52,829 bases of DNA from the IMG/VR virus record IMGVR_UViG_3300048579_000117, positions 1-52,829 of that record, one strand, 5' to 3'. Shown piece by piece: positions 1-7,341 of the stretch. This DNA is from a virus. Each line of letters starts with the position of its first letter. The stretch's first letter is position 1. The notes beneath the pieces were generated by a model. That model was not told the DNA's origin, ran no database searches, and saw nothing but the letters and a program-made list of their open reading frames with translations. A program made the position numbers and the translations under genes.

Positions 1-127
1 GTCCATCAGCGTGACCGACGCGCCGCAGCTTGCGCTCGGCTTCGCCGCCCGATTCGCGAGCCGTTGGGTGCAGTGGGTGACCGAGGAATACCGGCTTAAG
101 GTCTCGGCGCAGGCCTCGATCGACGCG
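1..127. repeat. Terminal 127 bp identical to 52703..52829 (circular-assembly overlap or terminal redundancy)
   Basis: Read directly. Bases 1-127 (gtccatcagcgtgaccgacg...atcgacgcg) are repeated exactly as the last 127 bases. The ORF that runs off the 3' end continues in frame at position 2/128. Confidence 0.95.
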
Positions 128-865
128 CTCGGCCTCGCGCGTGAAACGTCGAACGGCGCCACGCTCGACGCCGGCTTCGATGACGGCGCCTGGCTGAGCG
201 AGCCAGCAGCCGAACCGGCGCTGACCCTGCCCACGAGCGGCGACGTGTCGCTCGACTACGGCGGCGCAGGCCGCTCCGATCGCGCCGCGGCGCAGAACGC
301 CGTGCGCACGCTGGTCGCGCAGGCGCGGCAACAGATACTTGCGACGCACCGCGAAACCCGCGCGTCAGCGATGACGCCGCTGCATGCCGGAATCGACCTA
401 AGCCGGCGCATCGAGATCGACACCGCCGAACTGCACGCGCTCGGCAAGGTGGCCCGCCTCGCGCACCGCATGGACATCGAAACCGGCGAGCACGACACAG
501 AGTTCGACATCGCCGTCAGCGGCTTTTCGGCCGTCGGGCTGCAGGACGACGACCCGGTCGACGCACCGGCCGCGCCGACTGACCCGACGCCCGCGCCCGG
601 CCCCACGCAACTGGGCTGCATCTGCGACATGTACATCGGGCAGGTCACCGGCGCGCCGGAGTTCAACGACGCCACCATGATCGGCTTCAGCACCAACGCG
701 AAAGCCGGCGCCGATTTCGACGCCGAGGCGCCCGCATATCCCTACGCGCTGAGCGTCGAAGCCCCGGAGATCGAGGCCGCAGTGCGCGACCCGATCACCC
801 TGCCGAAGCCGGCCGCCTACGCCGTCGCCATCCCTCAAGACATTTTGGAGATCACCGCGCTATGA
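2..865 (+). CDS. Tail-tip/baseplate-like structural protein, C-terminal part (continues 51639..52829 across the circular junction; about 642 aa in total)
   Basis: Open frame from position 2 with high GC3. The track ORF 11..865 starts at an internal GTG. The peptide SISVTDAPQLALGF at the window end equals the start of this ORF. The stop overlaps the next start (ATGA at 862). Confidence 0.8.
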   Translation, partial: SISVTDAPQLALGFAARFASRWVQWVTEEYRLKVSAQASIDALGLARETSNGATLDAGFDDGAWLSEPAAEPALTLPTSGDVSLDYGGAGRSDRAAAQNAVRTLVAQARQQILATHRETRASAMTPLHAGIDLSRRIEIDTAELHALGKVARLAHRMDIETGEHDTEFDIAVSGFSAVGLQDDDPVDAPAAPTDPTPAPGPTQLGCICDMYIGQVTGAPEFNDATMIGFSTNAKAGADFDAEAPAYPYALSVEAPEIEAAVRDPITLPKPAAYAVAIPQDILEITAL

Positions 866-1266
866 GCTTCGGATTCTTCGCCGACGCCGGCTTGACCATC
901 CCCTTCACCGTCGAGGCTCGGCATTTCAGCACGCAGGGCGATCGCCTGATTTACTTCGGCAGTCCCGCTTCAGGCCAGCAGCTGCAGGACAGTACGAACC
1001 CGGGCGTCACGAACGTGCAGGTCACCATCACCGACAGCGACGGTGGCGCCGGCTTGGCCGCGGCGTCGATCAAGCTGGCGTCCACCTCGGGCGGCCTCAC
1101 GTCGGCCACCGGCGGCGCCGCGCTCAGCCTCGGGCACACCGTGCTCAGCGGCGCGGGCAACGCCAAGCCCGTCCACATGCGTTTCGACACATCGGCCGGC
1201 ACGGTGGGCACCGACTACACCGACCTCGGCCTGGCGGTGACCAACGTCATCGAGTCGGCGGTCTGA
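862..1266 (+). CDS. Hypothetical tail-associated protein (134 aa)
   Basis: ATGA overlap with the upstream gene, high GC3, lies in the distal tail gene block. Confidence 0.7.
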   Translation: MSFGFFADAGLTIPFTVEARHFSTQGDRLIYFGSPASGQQLQDSTNPGVTNVQVTITDSDGGAGLAAASIKLASTSGGLTSATGGAALSLGHTVLSGAGNAKPVHMRFDTSAGTVGTDYTDLGLAVTNVIESAV

Positions 1267-1267
1267 C

Positions 1268-1591
1268 ATGGGAGATATCGCGAAAGCGCTCGCCAGCATC
1301 GGCGCGCGTGACCTTGCGGGCGGTGGAATGACGCAGGGCGCGCGCCCGCCGTTCGAGCCCAAGCCGGCGCAGGGCGCGAAACCGCCGGCGGTGGGCAAGA
1401 GCAAGTCGGGCGGCGGCGCGACGTCTGGCGGTGCTGGCGACCTGCAGGAAACGGCTACAGCCGACCGCGAGTACTGGACGGACGAAACCATCACCACCAC
1501 CGACGGCGCCTTCACCTGGATCGTGAAGCCGATCAAGCGCGTGAAACTCACCAGCGGCAAGTCGATCCGCTTCGCCGACCCGACGCCATGA
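1268..1591 (+). CDS. Hypothetical virion protein with a Gly/Pro/Lys-rich N-terminus (107 aa)
   Basis: ATG 2 nt after the upstream stop, ATGA overlap with the downstream gene, coding-like GC3. Confidence 0.65.
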   Translation: MGDIAKALASIGARDLAGGGMTQGARPPFEPKPAQGAKPPAVGKSKSGGGATSGGAGDLQETATADREYWTDETITTTDGAFTWIVKPIKRVKLTSGKSIRFADPTP

Positions 1592-3099
1592 GCACGCTCG
1601 ACAGCCTCAACACACCGTCGCCGACGCGCCTGCTCGACAAGGTCGAGTTGGTCGGCCACCCCTTCCACGGGTTGGTGCATTCCGGCGCGCTCACGCTCCC
1701 GAACGACGACACGCTCATCTACCGGCAGCCATTGAACGCCGACGCCTGGGCGCTGCACCTGGCCGGCGTGCCCGAACTCACGCGCACCACCGAGCAGCTC
1801 GCGCAAGACGCCGTGCTCGGCCATCAGTGGCTGCACAAGGTGGTGCTCAGCGGGCAGGTGCCGCAGGTGTATGGCAAGGCGCTGACCGGCAACGCGCCCG
1901 CCTGGCTCTGGCGTGACAGCGCCGGCGTGGTGTGGCAGTTCTCGTTGTCCGTGCTCAGCACGTACCAGACCCAGATCCGCGTCACTTACCGCAAGTTCGG
2001 CCGGTTCGGCGAAGCGTCGTACCCGCCGGTCAATGTCGACCTGACGCACGCCATCGACACCGGCGATCCGGCCGTCGACCTGAAGGCAATCACCGACCTA
2101 GAGTTGTCCGTGTTCGGAGGAGAGACCAGAACCGCGCCGCGCGTGTGCGACATCAACGAAGACGGAAGCAGCGTCATCGTTGGCCTGTATCACATTCCGC
2201 CAGCGCCGCTATACAACGGAACGTGGCGACTGCGTGGGCCGGTTGAGTGCGCAGTCGGCTTCGTACGGATCGACGTGTCGTCGGGAACGACCTCGCCGAC
2301 CCTGTCCCTCGCCATGATCCGTAATTACGTGCAAACGCTTGGTGCGATAGAGATTGGCGACAACGCTGATCCGCCGGACGGTACCGCAAGCATGCCTCGG
2401 GATGAGCATGACAATCCGATTGGAGTGTTGACGGAGACACGCTCTTTGTCGATTAGCGGTCGCATCGTGTCGATGTACTTTGATGCCGGTTCGATACGGG
2501 AAATCTCAATATCGTATTCATCGGAATCTGTGTATCAATACGTCTACGACGACTTTCTTGTGACGTACGACGGTTCCGAGTACACCGCCAATGAGCGTGG
2601 TGAACCGCTATCGAGTTCATGGCAGATCAGTCTGCAGGTCGATGGAGTTACACAGGCTTCCAACGCTTTTGACACGCTCCCGGCGCCGGCCACCGCAGAC
2701 TCTTTTAGTCTCCTGCCGCCGACCTTCATTTACGTGATCAGCAAAGCCGGCACGCGTCAGATTTACTACGAGGCCGCGACTCCGCGGACTCCTTCCCCGC
2801 CTCGCTCTCAGGCGGAGGGCCAAGCGACCTCAGCGCATTCAATCCTAAGCAACGGGGTTTGGGCGTACTCCAAAAAGCTCTGGTGCCTTTTTCGGATCAG
2901 CAATAGCGGCGTCGTCACGTGGTCTGCTGCATTTGCGCCCAGCGCAAGCGGGCCCGCTCAGCCACCCTTGGGTGGCGGATGGACATTCAACTCCTTCTTC
3001 GGCACTTGGGACGGCGGACCGACCACCTGGTACCGCGCGCAAGACCCGCTCACCGGCGCCATCAGCGATGCCTATTCCTCAACCGTTTGCTTCGTCTGA
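1588..3099 (+). CDS. Putative receptor-binding / distal tail protein (503 aa) with a low-GC central segment
   Basis: Last large ORF of the tail block, immediately before the lysis cassette. ATGA coupling. Internal region of about 2290-2900 is near 48% GC against about 66% in the flanks. Confidence 0.75.
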   Translation: MSTLDSLNTPSPTRLLDKVELVGHPFHGLVHSGALTLPNDDTLIYRQPLNADAWALHLAGVPELTRTTEQLAQDAVLGHQWLHKVVLSGQVPQVYGKALTGNAPAWLWRDSAGVVWQFSLSVLSTYQTQIRVTYRKFGRFGEASYPPVNVDLTHAIDTGDPAVDLKAITDLELSVFGGETRTAPRVCDINEDGSSVIVGLYHIPPAPLYNGTWRLRGPVECAVGFVRIDVSSGTTSPTLSLAMIRNYVQTLGAIEIGDNADPPDGTASMPRDEHDNPIGVLTETRSLSISGRIVSMYFDAGSIREISISYSSESVYQYVYDDFLVTYDGSEYTANERGEPLSSSWQISLQVDGVTQASNAFDTLPAPATADSFSLLPPTFIYVISKAGTRQIYYEAATPRTPSPPRSQAEGQATSAHSILSNGVWAYSKKLWCLFRISNSGVVTWSAAFAPSASGPAQPPLGGGWTFNSFFGTWDGGPTTWYRAQDPLTGAISDAYSSTVCFV

Positions 3100-3108
3100 A
3101 AGGAAGCC

Positions 3109-3345
3109 ATGGCGACTGCCGAACAACACGACATCACGGTTGCGGGCGCGAAGGTGGCCAGTGCCTGGGGCGCGATCGCGATCACGTCGTGGACCGATAT
3201 CGCGGCCTTCCTGGCCGCGCTCTACACGCTGCTGATGATCCTCGATCTGTGGTGGCGACGGTTCGGCCGGAACTGGGCCGAGGAACGCGGGTGGGTGCGG
3301 AAGCGGAAGCGCCGCGCCACAGATCGGGAGGATGCAGATGAATAA
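3109..3345 (+). CDS. Holin (class II / pinholin-like, 78 aa)
   Basis: RBS gaaaggaag upstream. Two hydrophobic helices (AKVASAWGAIAITSW, IAAFLAALYTLLMILDLWW) followed by a highly charged C-terminus. Lies directly upstream of the endolysin. Confidence 0.7.
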   Translation: MATAEQHDITVAGAKVASAWGAIAITSWTDIAAFLAALYTLLMILDLWWRRFGRNWAEERGWVRKRKRRATDREDADE

Positions 3346-3853
3346 GATGCGCATCGCGGTGTCGGGGCTGACCGCCTCCGCCGCACTCATCGTTTCACTG
3401 GCAGTCGGCGAAGGCTACGTCGGCGAGGCCATGATTCCGACGAAGGACGACCGGCCGACAGTCGGCTTCGGCAGCACGTTCAAGGCCGACGGATCGCCGG
3501 TGAAGATGGGCGACCGAACAGACCCGGTGCGCGCGCTGATGACCATGCACGCGCACCTGAGCCGAGAAGAGCGCGCGTTCCGTGAATCGCTGCCCGGTGT
3601 CGCGCTCACGCAGGGCGAGTACGACCTGTACATGGATTTCGTCTATCAGTACGGGGCGTCCACCTGGTCGAACAGCAGCATGCGGCGCGCCCTGCTGGCC
3701 GGCGAGTACCGCGCCGCGTGCGATGCGCTGCTGCGCTACCGGTTCGCGGCCGGCTTCGATTGCTCGACGCCCGGGAACCGCCGATGCCCGGGCGTCTGGA
3801 CGCGACAGCAAGAGCGTCACGCGAAGTGCGTGGCAGAGCAGGGGGCGTCATGA
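3338..3853 (+). CDS. SAR endolysin, GH24 (P21 R / T4 lysozyme-like)
   Basis: N-terminal Gly/Ala/Ser-rich signal-anchor-release segment IAVSGLTASAALIVSLAVG. Motifs EGY..IPTKDDRPTVGFG and LYMDFVYQYGASTW...ACDALLRYRFAAG resemble phage P21 lysozyme. GGGAGG RBS lies 6 nt before ATG 3338 (the track start 3332 is also possible). Confidence 0.85.
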   Translation: MNKMRIAVSGLTASAALIVSLAVGEGYVGEAMIPTKDDRPTVGFGSTFKADGSPVKMGDRTDPVRALMTMHAHLSREERAFRESLPGVALTQGEYDLYMDFVYQYGASTWSNSSMRRALLAGEYRAACDALLRYRFAAGFDCSTPGNRRCPGVWTRQQERHAKCVAEQGAS

Positions 3854-4188
3854 AGATCAGTTCAATCCTGCGCCAAGCCGGCGATCTGCTCATCTGGAAG
3901 TGTCCAGGCTGCGAGAGTAATCACGGTGTCCGCATCCGCGCGCTGTCGCGGCCGGGTGAAGGTGACGGGCCGGGCTGGGGCTGGAACAACGACGCCGAGC
4001 GACCGACGTTCACCCCGAGCGTGTTGGTGACTTACAACGGCTCCGACGCCGGCGTCGACGGTGCTCCGCCCGCCATCTGCCACAGCTTCGTCGTCGACGG
4101 GCAGATGCAGTTCCTCGCGGACTGCACGCACGGACTAGCCGGCCAGACGGTGCCGATACCGCCGTGGGCTGACGGGGAGTTGATGTGA
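3850..4188 (+). CDS. DUF6527-like Cys/His-rich small protein inserted in the lysis cassette (112 aa)
   Basis: ATGA overlap with the endolysin stop and GTGA overlap with Rz. Motifs CPGCxxxHxV, WxWNxDxxxPTFTPSVLV, CHSFVxDGxxxFLxDCTHxLAGQTV match my recollection of the DUF6527 family, which is often mis-annotated as ammonia monooxygenase. Confidence 0.65.
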   Translation: MKISSILRQAGDLLIWKCPGCESNHGVRIRALSRPGEGDGPGWGWNNDAERPTFTPSVLVTYNGSDAGVDGAPPAICHSFVVDGQMQFLADCTHGLAGQTVPIPPWADGELM

Positions 4189-4700
4189 TCGCGCGCGCGC
4201 TTCCCTGGCTTCTGCTCGCCGCGCTCGCGCTGGCCGGCCTGCAAACCTACCGCCTCGCAGAAGAGCAGGGCGCACACGCCCGCACGCAACGCGACCACGC
4301 GCAGCAGCTGGGCACGCTGGAGCGCGCTGCCGGCCAAGCTGTCACCGAAGCCCGTGCCGAAGGCGACCGCCGTTTCACTGCCCTGTGGGAGATCCTGAAT
4401 GAAACACAAGCCGACCGCGATCGCGCGCGCGCTGACGCTGCTGGCGCTGCCGATGCTGGTGTCAGCCTGCGCCGGCGTATCGCAGCCCTTACCGCCGGTT
4501 GTCGTGCCGCCGCCCGCGATTCCGCCCCTGCCAGCGGCAGCCCGCCAGCCGACAGCACCGCCGATCTGCTCGCCGACGTGCAGCGCCGGCTTGATGAGGC
4601 TGCGGACGGAATTGCTCGACATGCTGACGAAGCACACATCGCCGGCCGAGCCTGCGAACGCGCATACGACGCGCTGAAGCCTCCGGATGCGCGTCCGTGA
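4185..4700 (+). CDS. Rz: i-spanin (Rz-like)
   Basis: N-terminal TM helix LPWLLLAALALAGL, then a coiled-coil, charged periplasmic region. GTGA-coupled to the upstream gene. Contains an embedded lipoprotein ORF in the +1 frame. Confidence 0.8.
   Translation: MIARALPWLLLAALALAGLQTYRLAEEQGAHARTQRDHAQQLGTLERAAGQAVTEARAEGDRRFTALWEILNETQADRDRARADAAGAADAGVSLRRRIAALTAGCRAAARDSAPASGSPPADSTADLLADVQRRLDEAADGIARHADEAHIAGRACERAYDALKPPDARP
4399..4677 (+). CDS. Rz1: o-spanin (Rz1-like lipoprotein) embedded within Rz
   Basis: Signal peptide ending in the lipobox L-V-S-A-C, followed by a proline-rich mature region (PLPPVVVPPPAIPPLP). Fully nested in the Rz gene in another frame, which is the classic embedded spanin architecture. 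Confidence 0.8.
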   Translation: MKHKPTAIARALTLLALPMLVSACAGVSQPLPPVVVPPPAIPPLPAAARQPTAPPICSPTCSAGLMRLRTELLDMLTKHTSPAEPANAHTTR

Positions 4701-4929
4701 CGCCCTGACGTTCGCGGCCCGGCTCTTCCGGTCCGGCTATCGGTCGGACGAGGCCGCCGCGCTGTTCGCACTGGCGCGCGAGCACTACCGGCTGCTGGCC
4801 AAGATCGCCCGCATCCGGGACGACCGCAACGCCTGGCGCCGACAGTCCGCCGATCACCCGCGCTGCACCTGTGCGTCCTGTCGTCAGTCGGCCGGGCCGG
4901 CATTGGACACCACCACCCACCACGACTGA
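4687..4929 (+). CDS. Hypothetical protein (80 aa)
   Basis: High GC3 ORF overlapping the Rz stop region. Its 3' end overlaps a convergent ORF by 46 nt. Confidence 0.5.
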   Translation: MRVRDALTFAARLFRSGYRSDEAAALFALAREHYRLLAKIARIRDDRNAWRRQSADHPRCTCASCRQSAGPALDTTTHHD

Positions 4930-5207
4930 GCGTATTCCGTCACCACTTGGGCGGCGTCCTCGTGTCGCTCGATGCCGGTAATGACCATCCAGTCGGAGTT
5001 GACCGCGATCACCTCGGCGCCGTAGAGCGGCAGCAGGACGTCGACCCCGTCGTCGCCGATCACCCGCGCAACGCGCACGGTCCGCCGCCGCACCTGGTCG
5101 CGCATATCCTTGATGATCAGCATGCCCGGCATCATCCGCTGGCGGACGTACCACGATCGCGGCATGTGCATGCCGCGGTTGAGTTTGGGATGGACTTTGC
5201 AACGCAT
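4884..5207 (-). CDS. Hypothetical protein (up to 107 aa; alternative starts at 5171 or 5165), first gene of the accessory island
   Basis: Only convincing minus-strand ORF here. Diverges from the AT-rich promoter region 5208-5300. Non-repetitive, balanced amino-acid composition. Confidence 0.55.
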   Translation of the reverse strand: MRCKVHPKLNRGMHMPRSWYVRQRMMPGMLIIKDMRDQVRRRTVRVARVIGDDGVDVLLPLYGAEVIAVNSDWMVITGIERHEDAAQVVTEYAQSWWVVVSNAGPAD

Positions 5208-5264
5208 CGGGAAACTGTATGGATATACAGTTATTGAGGCAAGCGCGCCTGTTACAAATTAGGG

Positions 5265-5300
5265 TTGCAATAAACGAATAATCGTGTATTATTCGATTCA
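5265..5300 (+). promoter_or_regulatory. Sigma70-like promoter (TTGCAA-16 nt-TATTAT) with an overlapping palindromic operator, upstream of the DUF932 operon
   Basis: -35 at 5265-5270 and -10 at 5287-5292 with a 16-nt spacer. AT-rich in a genome of about 66% GC. Palindrome overlaps the spacer and -10. A conserved ATG lies 7 nt after the -10. Confidence 0.5.
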
Positions 5301-5317
5301 TGGACAGCGCGCTGCTG
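5271..5317 (+). repeat. 47-bp promoter-operator repeat, copy 1 (44/47 identical to 7012..7058)
   Basis: taaacgaataatcgtgtattattcgattcatggacagcgcgctgctg. Contains the perfect palindrome GAATAAT-N5-ATTATTC (5276-5294). Confidence 0.9.
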
Positions 5318-5364
5318 TTCATCCGACGCCGGCCGGAAGCTGGCTCTCTGCGGAGATACCTGAA

Positions 5365-6207
5365 ATGCTTGCTACTCGCTTTGGTCGTTCCCATTCGTCT
5401 GCTGTTCGCACCACCCCCCTCAGCAATGAGGAGATCGCCCGCGTGGCGCCGTCGGTGATGGCGGAAGCGGCTCACGCCTCGCGCAGCGACCGTTACACCT
5501 ACATTCCGACCGTCCAAGTGCTGGACGCGCTGCGCCGCGAGGGTTTTGAGCCGTTCGCCGCCTATCAGGGCAATGTCCGCGATGATTCCCGCCGCGAATT
5601 CACGAAACACATGCTGCGCCTGCGGCACGTGCGGGACATCGAGCGTGGCGCTCAGGTCGGCGCTACGGTGAACGAAATCATTCTGTTGAACAGCCACGAT
5701 GGCAGCACGTCTTACCAGATGATGGCCGGCTGCTTCCGCTTCGTCTGCGCGAACGGCATGGTGGTCGGCGACACCTCGCACGATGTGCGGGTGCGTCACA
5801 GCGGCGACGTGGTCAGCAATGTGATCGAAGGCGCCTATGAGGTGCTGGAGCACTTCGATACGGTCACGGAATCCCGCGACCGTATGCAGGCGATCCAGAT
5901 GAGCCGCGAAGAACAGACCCTGTTCGCCCGCAGCGCGCTGATGATCAAGTACGACGACCCGGACGGCGCCCCGATCCGTGCGGAGCAGCTGAACCGCCCG
6001 CGTCGCGTTGAGGACACAGGTGCGGACCTGTGGTCATCGTTCAACCGTGTGCAGGAAGCGGTCGTGCGCGGTGGGCTGCCTGGACAGAGCGCGAGCGGTC
6101 GCCGGATGCGTACCCGGGAAATCAAGGGTATCAGCGAGAACATCCAGGTGAACCGCGCGCTGTGGGCGCTGGCTGAAGGGATGGCCAAGCTCAAGACGCA
6201 GGGCTAA
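5365..6207 (+). CDS. DUF932 (TIGR03299-type phage/plasmid-like) protein
   Basis: Motifs YIPTVQVLDALRREGFEP, ILLNSHDGSTSYQMMAGCFRFVCANGMV and NRVQEAVVRGG are typical of DUF932. GGAGA RBS lies 9 nt before ATG 5365. The track GTG start at 5284 sits inside the operator palindrome and is unlikely. Confidence 0.8.
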   Translation: MLATRFGRSHSSAVRTTPLSNEEIARVAPSVMAEAAHASRSDRYTYIPTVQVLDALRREGFEPFAAYQGNVRDDSRREFTKHMLRLRHVRDIERGAQVGATVNEIILLNSHDGSTSYQMMAGCFRFVCANGMVVGDTSHDVRVRHSGDVVSNVIEGAYEVLEHFDTVTESRDRMQAIQMSREEQTLFARSALMIKYDDPDGAPIRAEQLNRPRRVEDTGADLWSSFNRVQEAVVRGGLPGQSASGRRMRTREIKGISENIQVNRALWALAEGMAKLKTQG

Positions 6208-6213
6208 GAGTAG

Positions 6214-6240
6214 GCGGGCGCGCGTGGCGCGTCCCGCCTT
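6214..6240 (+). terminator. GC-rich hairpin after the DUF932 gene (weak terminator candidate)
   Basis: ggcgggcgcgcgtggcgcgtcccgcc forms a bulged stem of about 11 bp. There is no long T tract. Confidence 0.3.
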
Positions 6241-6307
6241 GCCGGCCTGGCATCGTGCTAACGTTGCACTTTCGCCGGGCGGCGCTCGGCTCTCTGAGGA
6301 GACACCC

Positions 6308-6547
6308 ATGGCAGAAGCGTCAAGCGCGAAGTCGGCCCCCGTGAGAGCGGTTTTGCTCCATGCCTTGGGCGAACACAGCGCTCGAATTCTTTCAGGTGAT
6401 CGGCCGCTGAAGGCGGACGACATCGGCCAGCTAAGCGAGTTTCTCCCGATACCCAATTTGGCCGGACTGCGACAGCGTGTTCAGGATCAAGGCGGCATCA
6501 CGCTGGCCGACTTCGACCAGTGGGTGCTGTCGGGCGGTGTCCCGTGA
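6308..6547 (+). CDS. Hypothetical protein (79 aa)
   Basis: GAGGAGA RBS before ATG 6308. GTGA coupling to the next gene. Confidence 0.6.
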   Translation: MAEASSAKSAPVRAVLLHALGEHSARILSGDRPLKADDIGQLSEFLPIPNLAGLRQRVQDQGGITLADFDQWVLSGGVP

Positions 6548-6795
6548 CCGGGAAGTACTTTGGTTGGCACAAGGCGTGGACCCGTGTGTCGGGCTCACGC
6601 CTTCGGCATTCGACGGGGCTTGAGGTCGATATCCGGCCAAGCGCTGGACACGTGGATGCCGTCGCCACCGAAGACTCGATTCCGGCCTTTCAGGCATCCG
6701 AACAAGCGCGCGGCGTGCCCTTGCATGACCTGGTCGCACGGCTGCAGCGCCTGTGCCGCGAGGCCGTGAAGTGGCACGAAAGGAACCCCGCATGA
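6544..6795 (+). CDS. Hypothetical protein (83 aa)
   Basis: GTG 6544 overlaps the upstream stop (GTGA). The stop overlaps the next start (ATGA at 6792). Confidence 0.55.
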   Translation: MTGKYFGWHKAWTRVSGSRLRHSTGLEVDIRPSAGHVDAVATEDSIPAFQASEQARGVPLHDLVARLQRLCREAVKWHERNPA

Positions 6796-7022
6796 CCGAC
6801 GAACAGTTCGAAGCGCTGGCAGCGCTCACGCGCCTGCATGCGCGGTCTGCAGCGCCCCGCGAAGGCGCGCGCCTGGTGCTGGTCGATGGCGTCACGTTGA
6901 AAGAGGCTGCTGCGCGCGTAGGCGTGCCCCCGCAGGCCGTGAGCAACGTCCTGTCCCGCTGCCGTCGGACGCTGGCGCTTGTGGAAAAAATCACGCAAAG
7001 AGAGGTTGCCTTAAACGAATAA
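6792..7022 (+). CDS. KorA/TrfB-like HTH transcriptional repressor (76 aa)
   Basis: T-D-E-Q-F-E-A...ARLVLVDG...AAARVGVPPQAVSNVLSR parallels RK2 KorA (TESQFQEA...ARGVLVDG...GLTRGAVSQAV). Its stop codon lies inside copy 2 of the palindromic operator. Confidence 0.65.
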   Translation: MTDEQFEALAALTRLHARSAAPREGARLVLVDGVTLKEAAARVGVPPQAVSNVLSRCRRTLALVEKITQREVALNE

Positions 7023-7041
7023 TCGTGTATTATTCAGTTCA
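7006..7041 (+). promoter_or_regulatory. Sigma70-like promoter (TTGCCT-16 nt-TATTAT) with a palindromic operator, upstream of the small membrane-peptide gene
   Basis: Same geometry as the 5265-5300 promoter. A conserved ATG (7041) lies 7 nt after the -10 and opens a 12-codon mini-ORF, MDSALLTDTLRW. Confidence 0.5.
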
Positions 7042-7058
7042 TGGACAGCGCGTTGCTG
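7012..7058 (+). repeat. 47-bp promoter-operator repeat, copy 2
   Basis: taaacgaataatcgtgtattattcagttcatggacagcgcgttgctg. Palindrome GAATAAT-N5-ATTATTC at 7017-7035. Confidence 0.9.
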
Positions 7059-7062
7059 ACCG

Positions 7063-7104
7063 ACACCCTCCGGTGGTGAGTAGCCGGGAAAGACTCGAAA
7101 GGAG
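7063..7104 (+). promoter_or_regulatory. Conserved 5' leader motif, copy A (CTCC anti-SD ... GGAG SD)
   Basis: acaccctccggtggtgagtagccgggaaagactcgaaaggag is repeated with few changes at 7300-7341. CTCC can pair with the downstream GGAG Shine-Dalgarno. Confidence 0.45.
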
Positions 7105-7110
7105 TTCAAC

Positions 7111-7266
7111 GTGGAGAAAACTGTGGACGTCGTAGAGACCGAAGCGAGGATCGCGAAGCTGATGGCGGAAACCGCCAAGATCAACTCCGAAGCGCGGTGG
7201 TACCCGGTAGCGATGGTCACCGCGATGGTTGCAGCGGTGGCTACGGCATTGAAGCTGCTGGGATAA
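7111..7266 (+). CDS. Small membrane peptide (51 aa, C-terminal TM helix), not in the ORF track
   Basis: AAGGAG RBS lies 6 nt before GTG 7111. Translation VEKTVDVVETEARIAKLMAETAKINSEARWYPVAMVTAMVAAVATALKLLG. Followed by a GAAA-loop hairpin. Confidence 0.5.
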   Translation: MEKTVDVVETEARIAKLMAETAKINSEARWYPVAMVTAMVAAVATALKLLG

Positions 7267-7273
7267 GCGACCG

Positions 7274-7297
7274 GGCCGGGGAAACCCGGCCTTTCCT
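7274..7297 (+). terminator. Hairpin ggccggg-GAAA-cccggcc followed by TTT (terminator/attenuator candidate)
   Basis: 7-bp GC stem with a GNRA loop and a short T tract, directly after the 51-aa ORF. Confidence 0.45.
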
Positions 7298-7299
7298 GA

Positions 7300-7341
7300 A
7301 CACCCTCCGGCGGTGCGTAGCCGGCAAAATCTCGAATGGAG
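7300..7341 (+). promoter_or_regulatory. Conserved 5' leader motif, copy B
   Basis: acaccctccggcggtgcgtagccggcaaaatctcgaatggag. Same spacing to its start codon as copy A. Confidence 0.45.

Noticed and set aside
1-127. The 127-bp terminal identity as a biological direct terminal repeat
   Set aside because: The lambda-type terminase (Nu1/GpA) predicts cos ends rather than DTRs. The repeat falls in the middle of a tail gene, and its length equals a standard assembler k-mer. This is not fully excluded without reads.
970-2049. Long antisense or off-frame ORFs across structural genes, for example 970..2049(-), 4489..5853(-), 31703..33271(-), 32749..34503(-), 36889..38097(-), 37842..39893(-), 42784..43818(-), 44451..45269(-), 46829..47554(-), 47984..48778(-) and 50898..52250(-)
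   Set aside because: All lie opposite or out of frame to ORFs with recognisable phage motifs and high GC3. Their products are low-complexity Arg/Ala/Pro/Gly strings. This is a high-GC artefact.
3718-4188. Longer 156-aa version of the DUF6527-like ORF starting at 3718
   Set aside because: The upstream 44 codons overlap the endolysin gene out of frame and are Arg/Ala-rich. ATG 3850 forms an ATGA junction with the endolysin stop.
5284-5364. GTG 5284 as the start of the DUF932 gene (track ORF 5284..6207)
   Set aside because: The GTG lies inside the palindromic operator and -10 of the promoter, and the first 27 codons are not DUF932-like. ATG 5365 has a GGAGA RBS.
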